From Gammaproteobacteria bacterium (lineage in GTDB: Bacteria > Pseudomonadota > Gammaproteobacteria > Eutrophobiales > Eutrophobiaceae): 64,000 nucleotides of DNA. A program made the translations under genes and the position numbers. The notes beneath the pieces are model-generated. The model was not told where the DNA came from. It made no database searches and saw only the letters and a program-made list of their open reading frames with translations. Below, piece by piece: positions 9,191 through 22,557 of the stretch (the stretch's first letter is position 1; each line of letters begins with the position of its first letter). The stretch spans positions 2,976,001-3,040,000 of the forward strand of contig CBDCTH010000012.1 of assembly GCA_965222155.1 (NCBI GenBank), given 5' to 3'.

Positions 9191-9693
9191 CAGGACAATC
9201 GGCCGGCGACATTACACCGGAATTTGACAACAACTGCGCCGTTTCATACAGGGGCAGTCCCATGATCCCGGAATAGCTGCCCTCTATTCTTGATATAAAT
9301 ATCGCTGCCTTGTCCTGAATACCGTACCCACCCGCTTTGTCATAGGGCGCTTCACTGTCACAATAGGTTTCACATTCCCGGACAGCAAGCGATTTGAACC
9401 AGACCCTGCTCTCGCTCACCCTGTATTCAAGCCGGTGATGCAGGAGGAGGACGGCTGTGAGTACCTGGTGTACCCTGCCGGACAGTGACATAAGCATCTC
9501 GACCGCCGCGGCCCGGTCCTGCGGCTTTTGCCGCGGCTACGCGTGTGACGTAGCCCTCGACAGGCTCATCATCTCCCCTGAGTTCTTCCACATCTACGCG
9601 AATCACTTCATAAGCAATACCGATCTGATCGAGAAGCTGCTGCCTCCTCGGCGACCTGGAAGCCAGGTAGATTTGACTGTCGGGATTGATCAC
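9156..9693 (-). pseudogene. maf: Maf/YhdE nucleoside triphosphate pyrophosphatase with internal deletion and frameshift
   Basis: IYLASRSPRR N-half (9427..9693) and [31 protein letters not shown]-half (9156..9497) are in different frames; the GADT...GKP segment is missing near 9520. Confidence 0.85.
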
Positions 9694-10028
9694 GAGTGAC
9701 CGCTGGCCCGATCAGTCACGGACCAGAGTTTTTCCAGTTGGTAATATTCCCGGGTGGTCGGATGCATGATATGGGCAATCACGTCGCCGAAATCGATTAA
9801 GATCCATTCCGCCTGTTGCTGCCCTTCCACTCCCAGCGGCCTGATTTGTCTTGTTTTTGCCGCTTCGATTACCTTATCCGCAATGGCTTTCACCTGGCGG
9901 TTCGAGCGGCCGCTGGCAATGATCATGAAATCCGTCATGGTCGTCAATGCGCGCACATCAATTGTTTGCATGTCCTCAGCTTTCAAGTCCTTCATCGTAT
10001 CGGTAATCAGTTGGGCGATGTTGTTCAT
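9690..10028 (-). CDS. rsfS: Ribosome silencing factor RsfS
   Basis: DLKAED, DFMIIASGRSNRQV, EWILIDFGDVIAHIM, YYQLEKLW. Confidence 0.93.
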   Translation of the reverse strand: MNNIAQLITDTMKDLKAEDMQTIDVRALTTMTDFMIIASGRSNRQVKAIADKVIEAAKTRQIRPLGVEGQQQAEWILIDFGDVIAHIMHPTTREYYQLEKLWSVTDRASGHS

Positions 10029-10669
10029 AGGTATAACTTGTTCTCCTTGATATAATTGTGGACACCGGACGGCAGGAAATTTCCTGTGTCGTCATGGTTT
10101 CTCAACTGCGCGCGTATTTGTGAGGAGGAGACATCCGGGATGGAGACAGCCACTTTATGGATAAAGCCGCCGGACTTTGCGTGCAGGGCTGCCGGAGAGG
10201 AACAGGCCCGGCCGGCATAAAATGCCTGCATACGTTCATCCCTGTGCCTGTCGCTCCGCTGCTTTCTGTCGATGACTACCAGATGCGAATAATCCGTCAA
10301 TTCCTGCCAGCGGCGCCATGCAGGCAGCGTTTCGAATGCGTCCATGCCCATAATGAAACACAGGGGTTGCTGCGGATATCTACCGCGCAGGTGAATCAGG
10401 GTATCGATTGTATAGGATATTCCGCCCCGTTTGAGCTCCATATCGTTCACGACCAGTTGCGGGTAGGGTTGTAACGCGTGCTCCAGCATTGCCAGCCGGT
10501 GATGCCGTGCGGCGGCGGCTGCCGATTTATGCGGGGGGATATTCGCGGGAATGAAATTGACTTCCTGCAGGTCCAGGGCTTCCATACACTCAAGCGCCAT
10601 GAGGACATGGCCGCTGTGAACCGGATCAAATGCGCCGCCGAGCAAGCCGATGGATTTTCCCTTACTCAC
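10025..10669 (-). CDS. nadD: Nicotinate-nucleotide adenylyltransferase
   Basis: GGAFDPVHSGH, PPHK, SYTIDTL, VSSSQIR. Confidence 0.93.
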   Translation of the reverse strand: MSKGKSIGLLGGAFDPVHSGHVLMALECMEALDLQEVNFIPANIPPHKSAAAAARHHRLAMLEHALQPYPQLVVNDMELKRGGISYTIDTLIHLRGRYPQQPLCFIMGMDAFETLPAWRRWQELTDYSHLVVIDRKQRSDRHRDERMQAFYAGRACSSPAALHAKSGGFIHKVAVSIPDVSSSQIRAQLRNHDDTGNFLPSGVHNYIKENKLYL

Positions 10670-10696
10670 TCGTTCCCGTCATACACGGACCCGATG

Positions 10697-11953
10697 TCAC
10701 TTTCTGATATGACCATCACCGATGACAATAAACTTCTGTGAGGTCAGGCCCTCAAGCCCGACCGGCCCGCGTGCATGAAATTTATCAGTGCTGATCCCGA
10801 TTTCAGCCCCCAGTCCATATTCATAGCCGTCTGCAAACCGGGTCGAGGCATTTACCATGACCGAACTGGAATCCACCTCTGCCAGAAACCGCCTGGCGTG
10901 ACTCACGTTTTCCGTCACAATGGCATCGGTATGCATGGAACCGTAATGTTCGATGTGCTCCAGCGCATCATCCAGGCCGCTGACTATCTTCAGTGACAGG
11001 ACGGGTGCCAGGTACTCGGTAAAATAATCTGCATCCGTCGCGGATTTTATCCCCGGCAGGATTTGTCGCGCGTGTTCGTCACCCCGGATTTCCACGCCGG
11101 CCTCTTCATACATGGGTCCAAGACGCGCAAGTACCGTCTTCGCGACAGGTTCTGCCACCAGCAGGCATTCCATTGTACAGCAGGTGCCGTAGCGCTGGGT
11201 TTTGGCGTTATAGGCGATGGTTACCGCCTTCTCCACGTCCGCATCGACGTCCACGTAGACGTGGCAGACCCCATCCAGGTGCTTGATGACCGGCATCCTG
11301 GCCTCATTACTGATCCGTTCAATCAGTCCCTTGCCGCCGCGCGGGATGATCACGTCAATATAGTCCTTGAGACCCAGCAACTCTCCCACGGCAGCCCGAT
11401 CAGTAGTTTCAACCACCTGTACTGCGCTGCCGGGCAAGCCGGCGGCTTGCAGGCCGTCACCAATGCACCCAGCAATAGCCATGTTGGAATTGATTGCCTC
11501 CGACCCGCCTCTCAGGATTACCGCGTTGCCTGATTTTATGCACAGCCCTGCGGCATCTGCCGTGACATTGGGTCTGGACTCGTAAATGATCCCCACTACG
11601 CCCAACGGTACCCGCATGCGACCCACCTGGATCCCGGTCGGGCGATAATTCATTGCCGATATCTCTCCGATGGGATCGGCCAGACCGGCAACCTGCAACA
11701 AGCCGTCGGCCATGGCTTCCAGACGCTCTCGGGTCAATTCGAGGCGGTCAAGTAACGCCGCCGCCAAGCGATTCTTGCTCGCTGCGGCAAGGTCAGTTCT
11801 GTTTGCCTCGAATAATTGCTCACGCCGTTCAGAAATACGTTCGGCAATGGCAGTGAGCGCCGCGTTTTTTGCGCCCGCGTCTGCCCTGGCCATGGAACGC
11901 GCCGCAGCCCGCGCAGTCTGACCCAGGGAGTGTATGTATTCACGGATATTCAT
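10697..11953 (-). CDS. proA: Gamma-glutamyl phosphate reductase
   Basis: [49 protein letters not shown]. Confidence 0.95.
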   Translation of the reverse strand: MNIREYIHSLGQTARAAARSMARADAGAKNAALTAIAERISERREQLFEANRTDLAAASKNRLAAALLDRLELTRERLEAMADGLLQVAGLADPIGEISAMNYRPTGIQVGRMRVPLGVVGIIYESRPNVTADAAGLCIKSGNAVILRGGSEAINSNMAIAGCIGDGLQAAGLPGSAVQVVETTDRAAVGELLGLKDYIDVIIPRGGKGLIERISNEARMPVIKHLDGVCHVYVDVDADVEKAVTIAYNAKTQRYGTCCTMECLLVAEPVAKTVLARLGPMYEEAGVEIRGDEHARQILPGIKSATDADYFTEYLAPVLSLKIVSGLDDALEHIEHYGSMHTDAIVTENVSHARRFLAEVDSSSVMVNASTRFADGYEYGLGAEIGISTDKFHARGPVGLEGLTSQKFIVIGDGHIRK

Positions 11954-13047
11954 TGCGCACCTCCTGTGCGCAACCCTGCGGGCGGCTGGCGCCGTGCAAA
12001 TCGTCTATCCTGACGATTTGTCATTTTTGCTTTTTCCAGCCTGTGACCGGACAGGGTAAACATAAAATTCTCCAGCAGTTGCCAGCTGTCTGCCGCTACG
12101 GCGCCTTTCAGGGCTTTGTCAATTTCCAGGGCTTCGACCAACAGGGTAGACAGCCGGCTGGTGCTGAAGCGGTTTATCAACACAATGATCCCTTTCCTGT
12201 GCCGGCCCAGGATCCTGTAGCTATTGAACACCTGCTCCCTTGGCTTCCCCTGAGCTATTTCATGGGAAACGGAACTGGCCCGGCGAAATCCCCACATCAA
12301 CGCGCCGTATACATTGAGCGGCTCGGCGCCTTCGTTCTTCAGACCCCGCAGCATTCTTGAGATGCGTTCCGGATTACCGAGAAATACGTTCTCAATCAAG
12401 TCGAACACCTCATAGCGGGCGCTGTCCACCACCATATTAAGTACCGCGTCGCTGTCAATATCCGCCTGATCAACCAGCAACGCCAATTTATCAATTTCCT
12501 GTCTTGCCGCAAGCAGGTTTCCTTCGACCCGTTGGGCTATCAGCGCAGCCGCCTCCCTGGAAATTCGTTTATTCTGCTGTCGGCAACGCGCCATGATCCA
12601 GCCCGGCAACTGCGCCGACGCAACCGGCCAGACCTGTATCCAGCAGCCGCATTTATCCAGCGCCTTGAACCATTTTGCCTGCTGGGCCTTCCTGTCGATG
12701 CGATCCGATGTCAGCAACAACAGGTTGTCCGGGGAGCTCCCGGCCGCGTATTCGGTCAGGGCCGCGCCGCCTTCCCTGCCGGGTTTCTGACTGCCCAGCC
12801 TCAGTTCGATAATACGCTTGCTGGAAAACAGGGACAGGTTGGCGCCGGCTTCATATAACCGACCCCAGTCAAACCCGGTATCCGCCTCCAGGACAATACG
12901 TTCCTCGTAGCCAAGGATGCGTGCCCGGTTGCGGATCAAATCACTCGCCTCATGCAGCTGCAAGGGCTCATCACCGCTGACGTAATAAACCGGTAAAAGT
13001 TCGGGTTTATTCAGGTGCTCCGGAAGTTTCTCTGCTGTTAAATGCAT
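11950..13047 (-). CDS. holA: DNA polymerase III delta subunit
   Basis: [36 protein letters not shown]; position after leuS-lptE. Confidence 0.92.
   Translation of the reverse strand: MHLTAEKLPEHLNKPELLPVYYVSGDEPLQLHEASDLIRNRARILGYEERIVLEADTGFDWGRLYEAGANLSLFSSKRIIELRLGSQKPGREGGAALTEYAAGSSPDNLLLLTSDRIDRKAQQAKWFKALDKCGCWIQVWPVASAQLPGWIMARCRQQNKRISREAAALIAQRVEGNLLAARQEIDKLALLVDQADIDSDAVLNMVVDSARYEVFDLIENVFLGNPERISRMLRGLKNEGAEPLNVYGALMWGFRRASSVSHEIAQGKPREQVFNSYRILGRHRKGIIVLINRFSTSRLSTLLVEALEIDKALKGAVAADSWQLLENFMFTLSGHRLEKAKMTNRQDRRFARRQPPAGLRTGGAQ
11965..12021. repeat. Palindromic repeat module B inside the holA 3' end
   Basis: CAACCCTGCGGGCGG...GTGCAAATCGTC-TATCCT-GACGATTTGT; related copies at 16343-16399 and 33969-34021. 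Confidence 0.7.
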
Positions 13048-13054
13048 GGGCTGA

Positions 13055-13618
13055 CTATTCCGTCAGCGTGTTCAGGCGCCGTATGATCTGAGCTGCCACC
13101 TGTTCGATCAGCTCTTCTTTGATTATCTCCTCTTCGGCGAATTTCCCCAGTGCGGCATCTTCATCGAAGGCGTAGTCGCCACTGACCCGGATGATCTGAT
13201 TCGCAACAAGCAGTTCCCCGCCGACCTTGCTGATGCTGATGCGACAGGAGAAAACAACCTGGTACTCTTCAACCTTGCCGGTCTCGGGAGAGACGCTCAA
13301 CACCTGGCGCACAAACTCCTCACCATTCAAGGTCAGTGCATAATCGGCCCCCTCCATACCGTCCCTGACAATAACTCCGGAAACCGCCAACTGTGATTTC
13401 ACCGCGGCGGCAAGCTCACTGGCCGCGGCGGCCAGGACAAGGATGTTATACCCGCTATCTGCCTTGACTTGCGGGCTCTGGCCGCGCAAATGGTAACCAC
13501 AACCCTGCGCCAGGATCGCGACGAACAGGACAACATGCAAAAGCGGGATTCTCATGCGCGCAAAGGATACGGCTTTCCGCCGCATGATACAAGGAAAACC
13601 CGGATCTGACCGGCACAC
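13055..13618 (-). CDS. lptE: LPS assembly lipoprotein LptE (true start probably downstream, MRIPLL)
   Basis: Lipobox AQGC-GYHLRG; located between leuS and holA. Confidence 0.88.
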   Translation of the reverse strand: MCRSDPGFPCIMRRKAVSFARMRIPLLHVVLFVAILAQGCGYHLRGQSPQVKADSGYNILVLAAAASELAAAVKSQLAVSGVIVRDGMEGADYALTLNGEEFVRQVLSVSPETGKVEEYQVVFSCRISISKVGGELLVANQIIRVSGDYAFDEDAALGKFAEEEIIKEELIEQVAAQIIRRLNTLTE

Positions 13619-13638
13619 GTTGTTACCGGCAACTCGCG

Positions 13639-16218
13639 CTATCCCACTACAATGTTTACCAGGCGTTTCGGCACGACGATGACCTTTTTTACTTCCTTCC
13701 CGGTGATATGCCGTTGTACGTTCTCATTGTTCAATGCGGCAGCTTTTATTCTGTCTTCGGTCGCATCCGGCAGAGTAACAATCTGCGCCCGCTTTTTTCC
13801 GTTTACCTGCACTACCAACTGACACTCTTCTTCAATCAGGGCCGCGTCATCCACGCGCGGCCAAGCGGCGTCGATGAGCGCCGCCTGCTTGCCCATGGCG
13901 CGCCAGATTGCGTCGGTGATATGCGGAATTATAGGCGATAATAACAAGACGATGACTTCCAGTCCTTCCCTCCGAACTGCCCTGGCGTTGTCGGACTGCT
14001 CGCTCATTTGGGTCAATACGTTCAACAGCTCCATTACCGCCGCAATGGCGGTATTGAAGGTATAACGCCGACCGATGTCATCATTGACCTTGACGATGGT
14101 CTGGTGGATCTTGCGCCGCACGTCGCGCTGCTCCCTGGTATATAGTGTCGCCTCTGCGCGGGGGTTGATATGATAATTGTTCCGGGCGAATTTCCAGAGT
14201 CGTTTGAGAAACCGGTGCGCGCCCTCAATCCCCGATTCCGACCACTCCAGGCTCTGTTCCGGCGGGGCGGTAAACATGGCGAACAGGCGCACGGTGTCCG
14301 CGCCGTATTTATCGATCATGTCCTGTGGATCGACGCCGTTATTCTTTGACTTGGACATCTTTTCCATTTTACCGATGATCACCGGCTGTCCGTCTTCCTT
14401 GAGGCGCGCCGAATTGATCCTGCCCCTGGCGTCACGCTCAAATTCCAGATCCTTTCGGTTGTAATACGTCCTGCGTCCCCGTTCTTCCCGGTAAAAGGTC
14501 TCGGCGACGACCATGCCCTGGGTCAACAGGTTCTTGAATGGTTCGCCGCATTGGGTCAGCCCCTGGTCACGCATGAGTTTTTGAAAAAACCGGGAATACA
14601 ACAAGTGCAGCACGGCGTGTTCTATGCCGCCCACATACTGGTCCACAGGCAGCCAGTAATCGGCGCGCTTATCCAGCATAGCGTCAGTGTTATCGGCACA
14701 ACAGAAGCGCGCAAAGTACCAGGACGATTCGAAAAACGTATCGAAGGTATCGGTTTCCCGGCGGCCCGGCCGGCCGGTTTCAGGATGACGCGTGTGTAAA
14801 AATTCATCCATGTCATTCAGCGGTGAACGCACCCCCGAGAACTCAATCCGTTCCGGTAACACTACGGGTAGTTCAGCAGCAGTAACGGGGGCCGAATTGC
14901 CGCCCTCATCGGTTATCATGGGAATGGGGCAGCCCCAGTAACGTTGCCGCGCAATCCCCCAATCCCGCAGCCGGTAGTTGACCTTGCGCGCGCCGCGCCC
15001 ACATTCTTCCAGTCTCGCGGCAATGGCGGAAAATGCCTGTTCGGAAGTCAAACCATCAAAGTCACCGGAGTTTTTCAACAGCCCTTTGTGCATGTGGGCG
15101 CAGTCATCCAGATTCAAGCCACTGCCATCCGTCGGAAATATTACCGGTCTGATGGCAAGATCATATTTTTTCGCGAATTCCCAGTCGCGTTGATCGTGGC
15201 CCGGCACACCCATAACCGCACCGGTGCCATAACCCATCAGGATAAAATTGGCTGCCCATACGGGCAATGCCTCTCCGGTAAGCGGGTGCTGCGCGTCTAT
15301 TCCCAGCGGCACGCCTTCTTTTTCCATGGTTTCCAGTTCGGCTTCGGTAACGCCGGCATGACGGTGCTTGTGTAGAAATGCGGCGACGCCGGCGCTTTCC
15401 CCGGCAGCGGCAACGGCCAGAGGATGCTCTACGGCAACCGCAATGTAACTGGCGCCGAACAAGGTATCGGGGCGAGTGGTGAATACTTCCAGTTTATCGG
15501 CGCCGCTGGACAGAGGGAAATCGATCTCCACCCCTTCCGAGCGGCCAATCCAGTTCTTTTGCATGGTGCGCACCGAATCGGGCCAGCCGGGCAGGTTGTC
15601 CAGTTCCCTCAACAGCTCCTCACTGTATTCGGTGATTTTCAAAAACCACTGGGGTATTTCTTTCCTTTCCACAACCGCGCCGGAGCGCCAGCCCCTGCCG
15701 TCAATCACCTGTTCATTGGCCAGTACAGTCTGGTCAACGGGATCCCAGTTAACGGGAGCGGTCTTTTTGTAAACCAGCCCTTTTTTATATAACTCGGTAA
15801 AAAACCATTGTTCCCAGCGGTAATAGTCAGGTTTGCAGGTCGCGATTTCCCGATCCCAGTCGTAGGCGAAGCCGAGCCGTTTTAACTGGGCGCGCATGTA
15901 ATCGATGTTCCGATAAGTCCATTGCGCCGGCGCCGCCCGGTTTTCTATTGCCGCGTTCTCGGCGGGCAGGCCAAAGGCATCCCAGCCCATGGGTTGGAGC
16001 ACGTTCTTGCCCTGCAAACGCTGGTAACGGGCTATCACGTCGCCGATGGTGTAATTGCGCACGTGACCGATGTGCAGTTTGCCGCTTGGGTATGGAAACA
16101 TGGACAGACAGTAAAATTTTTCCCTGTCGGGATCTTCCGTTACCTTGAAGGCGCTGTTTTTCTCCCACGCTGCCTGGACCTCGAGTTCTATATTCCGGGG
16201 TTGGTACGCTGCATCCAT
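13639..16218 (-). CDS. leuS: Leucine--tRNA ligase
   Basis: [13 protein letters not shown] (HIGH motif), KMSKS, FTTRPDT; start placed at MDAAY. Confidence 0.96.
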   Translation of the reverse strand: MDAAYQPRNIELEVQAAWEKNSAFKVTEDPDREKFYCLSMFPYPSGKLHIGHVRNYTIGDVIARYQRLQGKNVLQPMGWDAFGLPAENAAIENRAAPAQWTYRNIDYMRAQLKRLGFAYDWDREIATCKPDYYRWEQWFFTELYKKGLVYKKTAPVNWDPVDQTVLANEQVIDGRGWRSGAVVERKEIPQWFLKITEYSEELLRELDNLPGWPDSVRTMQKNWIGRSEGVEIDFPLSSGADKLEVFTTRPDTLFGASYIAVAVEHPLAVAAAGESAGVAAFLHKHRHAGVTEAELETMEKEGVPLGIDAQHPLTGEALPVWAANFILMGYGTGAVMGVPGHDQRDWEFAKKYDLAIRPVIFPTDGSGLNLDDCAHMHKGLLKNSGDFDGLTSEQAFSAIAARLEECGRGARKVNYRLRDWGIARQRYWGCPIPMITDEGGNSAPVTAAELPVVLPERIEFSGVRSPLNDMDEFLHTRHPETGRPGRRETDTFDTFFESSWYFARFCCADNTDAMLDKRADYWLPVDQYVGGIEHAVLHLLYSRFFQKLMRDQGLTQCGEPFKNLLTQGMVVAETFYREERGRRTYYNRKDLEFERDARGRINSARLKEDGQPVIIGKMEKMSKSKNNGVDPQDMIDKYGADTVRLFAMFTAPPEQSLEWSESGIEGAHRFLKRLWKFARNNYHINPRAEATLYTREQRDVRRKIHQTIVKVNDDIGRRYTFNTAIAAVMELLNVLTQMSEQSDNARAVRREGLEVIVLLLSPIIPHITDAIWRAMGKQAALIDAAWPRVDDAALIEEECQLVVQVNGKKRAQIVTLPDATEDRIKAAALNNENVQRHITGKEVKKVIVVPKRLVNIVVG

Positions 16219-16305
16219 CTCGTATGGTTTTGTATGCATCAAACAGCAAAGCATACAGCAGAGAGTTTGTTGTGAACAAGCACAAAAAATATTTTATGTC
16301 TTGCA

Positions 16306-16399
16306 CCCATCCCCCTGCTCAACTCCATACAGGGGCAGGCTCTGGGCACAACCCAGTGGGCGGCCTTCGCCGTGCAAATCGTCAGGATTGACGATTTGT
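16306..16399. repeat. Composite repeat: CCCCTG...CAGGGGCAGGCTC hairpin followed by module B
   Basis: GGGGCAGGCTC-type hairpin also at about 34038-34064, 41860-41876 and 63759-63793; module B as at 11965. Confidence 0.6.
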
Positions 16400-16671
16400 T
16401 ATTCGGCCGGCTGGCCGGCTGTCAGGATATCTTTATTTTTTTCAATCAGGGACTGGCCGATCCCGCTGATTTGGGTCAACTCCTGTACGGTCTCGAACGC
16501 GCCATTCCGTTCCCGGTAGTTGATAATCTTTTCAGCGAAACTTTCGCCAACGCCGCTCAGGGTCATCAACGCTTCCTTATCCGCCGTATTGATATCAACA
16601 TCTTCAGCGGCGAAAAGCATCACTGGCAGGCTGAGTAAAATGAGGACAGCAAGTTTCCTTAAAATTTGCAT
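16399..16671 (-). CDS. comEA: ComEA-family helix-hairpin-helix DNA-binding protein
   Basis: Signal peptide, VDINTADKEAL, LSGVGESFAEKII, ISGIG. Confidence 0.88.
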   Translation of the reverse strand: MQILRKLAVLILLSLPVMLFAAEDVDINTADKEALMTLSGVGESFAEKIINYRERNGAFETVQELTQISGIGQSLIEKNKDILTAGQPAE

Positions 16672-16842
16672 AATGGTCTCCTTTAGTTTGTGAAGTTATA
16701 GTCCATGTTCCTGAACCACACTGAAAAGTTTAGCTGCTCCGGACAGACTGGCAAGAAAAAGATTGCCTGAATTGTGGGAAAAGTCACAAACCCGGTTAAT
16801 TCATAGCCGGGACCTGCGCCCTGATGCGCGGCCAGTGATGCT

Positions 16843-17485
16843 TCAGAACTGCTTGCGCAGCGGCACGTCGAACACCGCGCCGTAGCAATCCTCATCCATT
16901 GCGCGCCCAAAGGGAGACATCAAGGTCACGGGCCTGCAATACCAGGCCGGCGGTCGGCGCCCAGGCGATCTCCAGTTCTCCGGCGTTACGCAGGTTATGA
17001 CGCGGAAACGCCAGCTTCGCGCCAACCTCAAATACGTCTGTCTTTTCTGCGCCGAACACCTGGCTGAACATTGCGGGGATGCGATCGGCATTGGTGCCGC
17101 CTGGCTTGAAGCCGGTTGCATATCCGGCATACAACAATATGTCATTGTTCGGGGCCCAGCTTAATTTGACATTCCAGGTAACCTGGTCGTCCTCCAGGGT
17201 TTCATCCACGTCCTGGCGCGGCGCAAATATCGGTTGCAGGTAAAACCCCCAGCCCGGATAGGCTAGCAGCGCCAGTCCAGCGTTATCTTGGTTAAATGTG
17301 CCAGTTAGATCTTTTTTCTCGTCGGTATCCGGAATATCCTGTATGTTCTGCTGTCGCTTCTACGCAGTAACTATGATTTCTTCAAGATAGCCCTGTTCCT
17401 GAGCAAGCAGCGCAACCGATCCTATGAGGGGTAAAACAGTAAATATTATCGGCAGCTATATTCCCGGCTTGTCACCGTTAGGCAT
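16843..17485 (-). pseudogene. TonB-dependent receptor remnant, collapsed by internal deletions
   Basis: Manual translation from 17485: signal peptide, TonB box LEEIIVTA*KRQQNIQDIP, then barrel fragments (LLYAGYATGFKPGG, AEKTDVFEVGAK, DVSLWARN) and C-terminal ...RKQF. Contains stops and a frameshift; only about 640 bp. Confidence 0.8.
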
Positions 17486-17489
17486 GGTT

Positions 17490-17864
17490 CTCTCCCCCGA
17501 TTACGGACAATTGTTCTCATGTTATAGTACCGTGGATGATGCGTTTATGCATTCTACTATGTTGTTTCGGTAAGTTCTTGCGTTTCAAGCAGGCAGGGCG
17601 GTATACCATAATTGTGGTTCTGGTTTATACTATACTCATAAATCAAAGCAGCGCAGGCTACAACAATGTTATTAAATGGTAAAATAACCTGTGAACAACC
17701 ATTTGAAAAGGAAGTATGTTCTGATCCGGAAACATTTATCCACAGGGAATTAAACGGGGATCAGCACTAACAAACGCCAAAAAAAACATATAACTATTTG
17801 AAAATAAAGGAGAAAAAAATCTTTTCCCGTTTCCGGGGATGACAATAATAACAATATTTTTAAA
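17490..17864. other. Candidate replication origin (oriC)
   Basis: AT-rich intergenic region with a perfect DnaA box TTATCCACA (17736-17744), a near box TGTGAACAA (17690-17698) and trio-like ACAATAATAACAATA just before dnaN. parS sites are within 2.5 kb and gene orientation diverges here. Confidence 0.6.
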
Positions 17865-18965
17865 ATGAATCTTATTATTAATAGGAACCTGCTTCTTCCG
17901 GCTCTAAACAACGTTTGCGGCGTCGTTGACACAAGACCTTCGCTTGCCGTCCTAGCGAACCTTCTCGTCGCTGTTTCTCCGCAACAAATACGACTCACAG
18001 CAACGGATATGGAAGTTGAACTCTCAGCATCAATAGCCGGTGATTTCGGGCAGACAGGCGATATCACTGTTCCTGCGCGAAAACTTTGGGATATTTGCCG
18101 GGCATTGCCAGAAGGAGCGGAAATGAACATTTCGATTGAGAATGAAAGAGTAACCGTCACGTCAGGAAGAAGCCGGTTTTCCTTATTATCTTTGCCGGCC
18201 CAGAATTTTCCTCTGGTTGAACCGGGGGAAACTGACATACGGTTTGCTATTTCTCAACAGCTGTTCAAATCCTTACTAGAAAGAACTGCTTTTTCCATGG
18301 CCAAACAGGATGTTCGCTACTACCTCAATGGTGTTTTACTTGAAGCCCAGCAGGACAATTTGCGTGCTGTTGCAACTGACGGACATAGGCTTGCGCTGTG
18401 TGACGTCGATGTTGCAATTGCAACGGAAGAAAAAAAACAACTTATCGTCCCGAGAAAAGGGGTGCAGGAACTGATGCGGTTACTGGATGAAACAGATACC
18501 GAAATGGAAATCGTCATGAGTAAAAACCATATCCGAATCGCTTTGGATAATCTGGTTTTTACCAGTAAATTGATAGATGGCAAATACCCTGACTATAACC
18601 GGGTGATCCCTGAACCGTCAGATCATTTGGTGCTGGCACAGCGAGCGTTGCTCAGACAGAGTCTCAGTCGAGCCTCAATCCTTTCCAGCGATAAATATCG
18701 AGGCGTGAAGATCACGCTGGAGCGGGATAAACTGCGGGCACTTGTCCATAACCCGGAGCAGGAACAGGCAGAAGATGAGATTGACGTGGAATATACGGGA
18801 GAAAATCAGGAAGTCGGTTTTAACGTAACCTACCTGCATGATGCCGTCAGCATCATTCAAACCGACAAGGTCAGGCTTTCAGTATCGTCCCCGAAAAGCG
18901 GTTGTCTTGTGTTGCCTGAGGAAGGGGGAGGGTGTAAATATATTGTCATGCCGTTGCTGCTGTAG
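17865..18965 (+). CDS. dnaN: DNA polymerase III beta sliding clamp
   Basis: ATDMEVE, QDVRYYLNG, VATDGHRLA, SKLIDGKYPDY, YIVMP. Confidence 0.96.
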   Translation: MNLIINRNLLLPALNNVCGVVDTRPSLAVLANLLVAVSPQQIRLTATDMEVELSASIAGDFGQTGDITVPARKLWDICRALPEGAEMNISIENERVTVTSGRSRFSLLSLPAQNFPLVEPGETDIRFAISQQLFKSLLERTAFSMAKQDVRYYLNGVLLEAQQDNLRAVATDGHRLALCDVDVAIATEEKKQLIVPRKGVQELMRLLDETDTEMEIVMSKNHIRIALDNLVFTSKLIDGKYPDYNRVIPEPSDHLVLAQRALLRQSLSRASILSSDKYRGVKITLERDKLRALVHNPEQEQAEDEIDVEYTGENQEVGFNVTYLHDAVSIIQTDKVRLSVSSPKSGCLVLPEEGGGCKYIVMPLLL

Positions 18966-19006
18966 ATAATAGATCAACCCATGCAATGCCTGCAACTGTG
19001 CGGCCT

Positions 19007-20068
19007 ATGCATATAGAATGGCTGCAGGTCAGAAATGTTCGTAATTTGTCCAACCTGAGGATTGAGCCGAACCCTGAGCTCAATATCATTTGCGGCCCCA
19101 ACGGCAGTGGAAAGACAGCGCTGCTGGAAGCCATACATTTTCTAGGTCGATGCCGTTCTTTCCGCACTACCGGGATAAACCGCGTTATTCGCCATCACCA
19201 AAAAGAATTACGGGTCAGCGCCGGCATGCGCATGCCGGATCAGTCTCTTATAGTAACCGGGGTTGAGCGCAGCAGAGTAGCAATAAACATTCGTTATAAT
19301 AACCGGACTGTCCGCAAGGTATCTGAACAGGCCGCACAAATTCCGGTTATCACAATAACCCCAGATAGCCACAGGTTGGTTTCCGGAAGCCCCGTGTACC
19401 GCAGGCGATGGCTGGATTGGGCAATGTTCCACGTGAAACCAAACTATATTGAGACCTGGCGGGATTACTATAAGGCATTGAAAAACCGAAACAGTTTGTT
19501 AAGGCGCAACAAAACCGAACAGCTTGAAACCTGGGAACAGGCAATGAGTCAGGCAGCCGAGAAAATAAATGCGCAAAGAAACACGTTCATTACTGAGTTA
19601 TCTAACGAAATGATACGAACCGCACAGCAACTGGAGATACCGGCGGCGACACTTGAGTATGACCGCGGCTGGCAACCCGAAGAAGATCTGGCACAAGTCC
19701 TGGCAACGCAGCGAAAGGCGGATTTGGAAAGAAGGGTTACCCGGTATGGCGCCCACAGGAGCGATTTGATGATCCGTCAGGACGGGAGAGATATAGGTCA
19801 CTTTTATTCTCGCGGACAGATCAAGCTATGTATTATTGCATTATCACTGGCCCAGGAGAGTGTGTACAGAGACAGGACGGGCCGGCCTCCCATCATCCTG
19901 CTCGACGATTTTGCGGCAGAGTTGGATGTGGGTGGCCAGCAATGTGTCATTGACGTGCTGTCGAGCCTGGGAGGACAGGTTTTCATCACTACAACAGGAA
20001 AGATTCCGGTGCGCGCAAAAAAAAAGCAGAAAATGTTTCACGTGGAACAAGGAGAAATCGTAGTGTGA
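19007..20068 (+). CDS. recF: DNA replication/repair protein RecF
   Basis: Walker A GPNGSGKT, RRRWLDW, SRGQIK, LLDD..AELD; start placed at MHIEWL. Confidence 0.94.
   Translation: MHIEWLQVRNVRNLSNLRIEPNPELNIICGPNGSGKTALLEAIHFLGRCRSFRTTGINRVIRHHQKELRVSAGMRMPDQSLIVTGVERSRVAINIRYNNRTVRKVSEQAAQIPVITITPDSHRLVSGSPVYRRRWLDWAMFHVKPNYIETWRDYYKALKNRNSLLRRNKTEQLETWEQAMSQAAEKINAQRNTFITELSNEMIRTAQQLEIPAATLEYDRGWQPEEDLAQVLATQRKADLERRVTRYGAHRSDLMIRQDGRDIGHFYSRGQIKLCIIALSLAQESVYRDRTGRPPIILLDDFAAELDVGGQQCVIDVLSSLGGQVFITTTGKIPVRAKKKQKMFHVEQGEIVV
19425..19440. other. parS site
   Basis: TGTTCCACGTGAAACC, close to the parS palindrome consensus TGTTNCACGTGNAACA. Confidence 0.8.
20034..20049. other. parS site
   Basis: TGTTTCACGTGGAACA, a consensus parS. 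Confidence 0.88.
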
Positions 20069-20142
20069 CGAGACGTTCCTTTGACGCCATTGATTATGTT
20101 GCGGCGAACAACGGCAATATGATAAAATGCGTCTTTTGTTAA

Positions 20143-22557
<2,415 letters not shown>

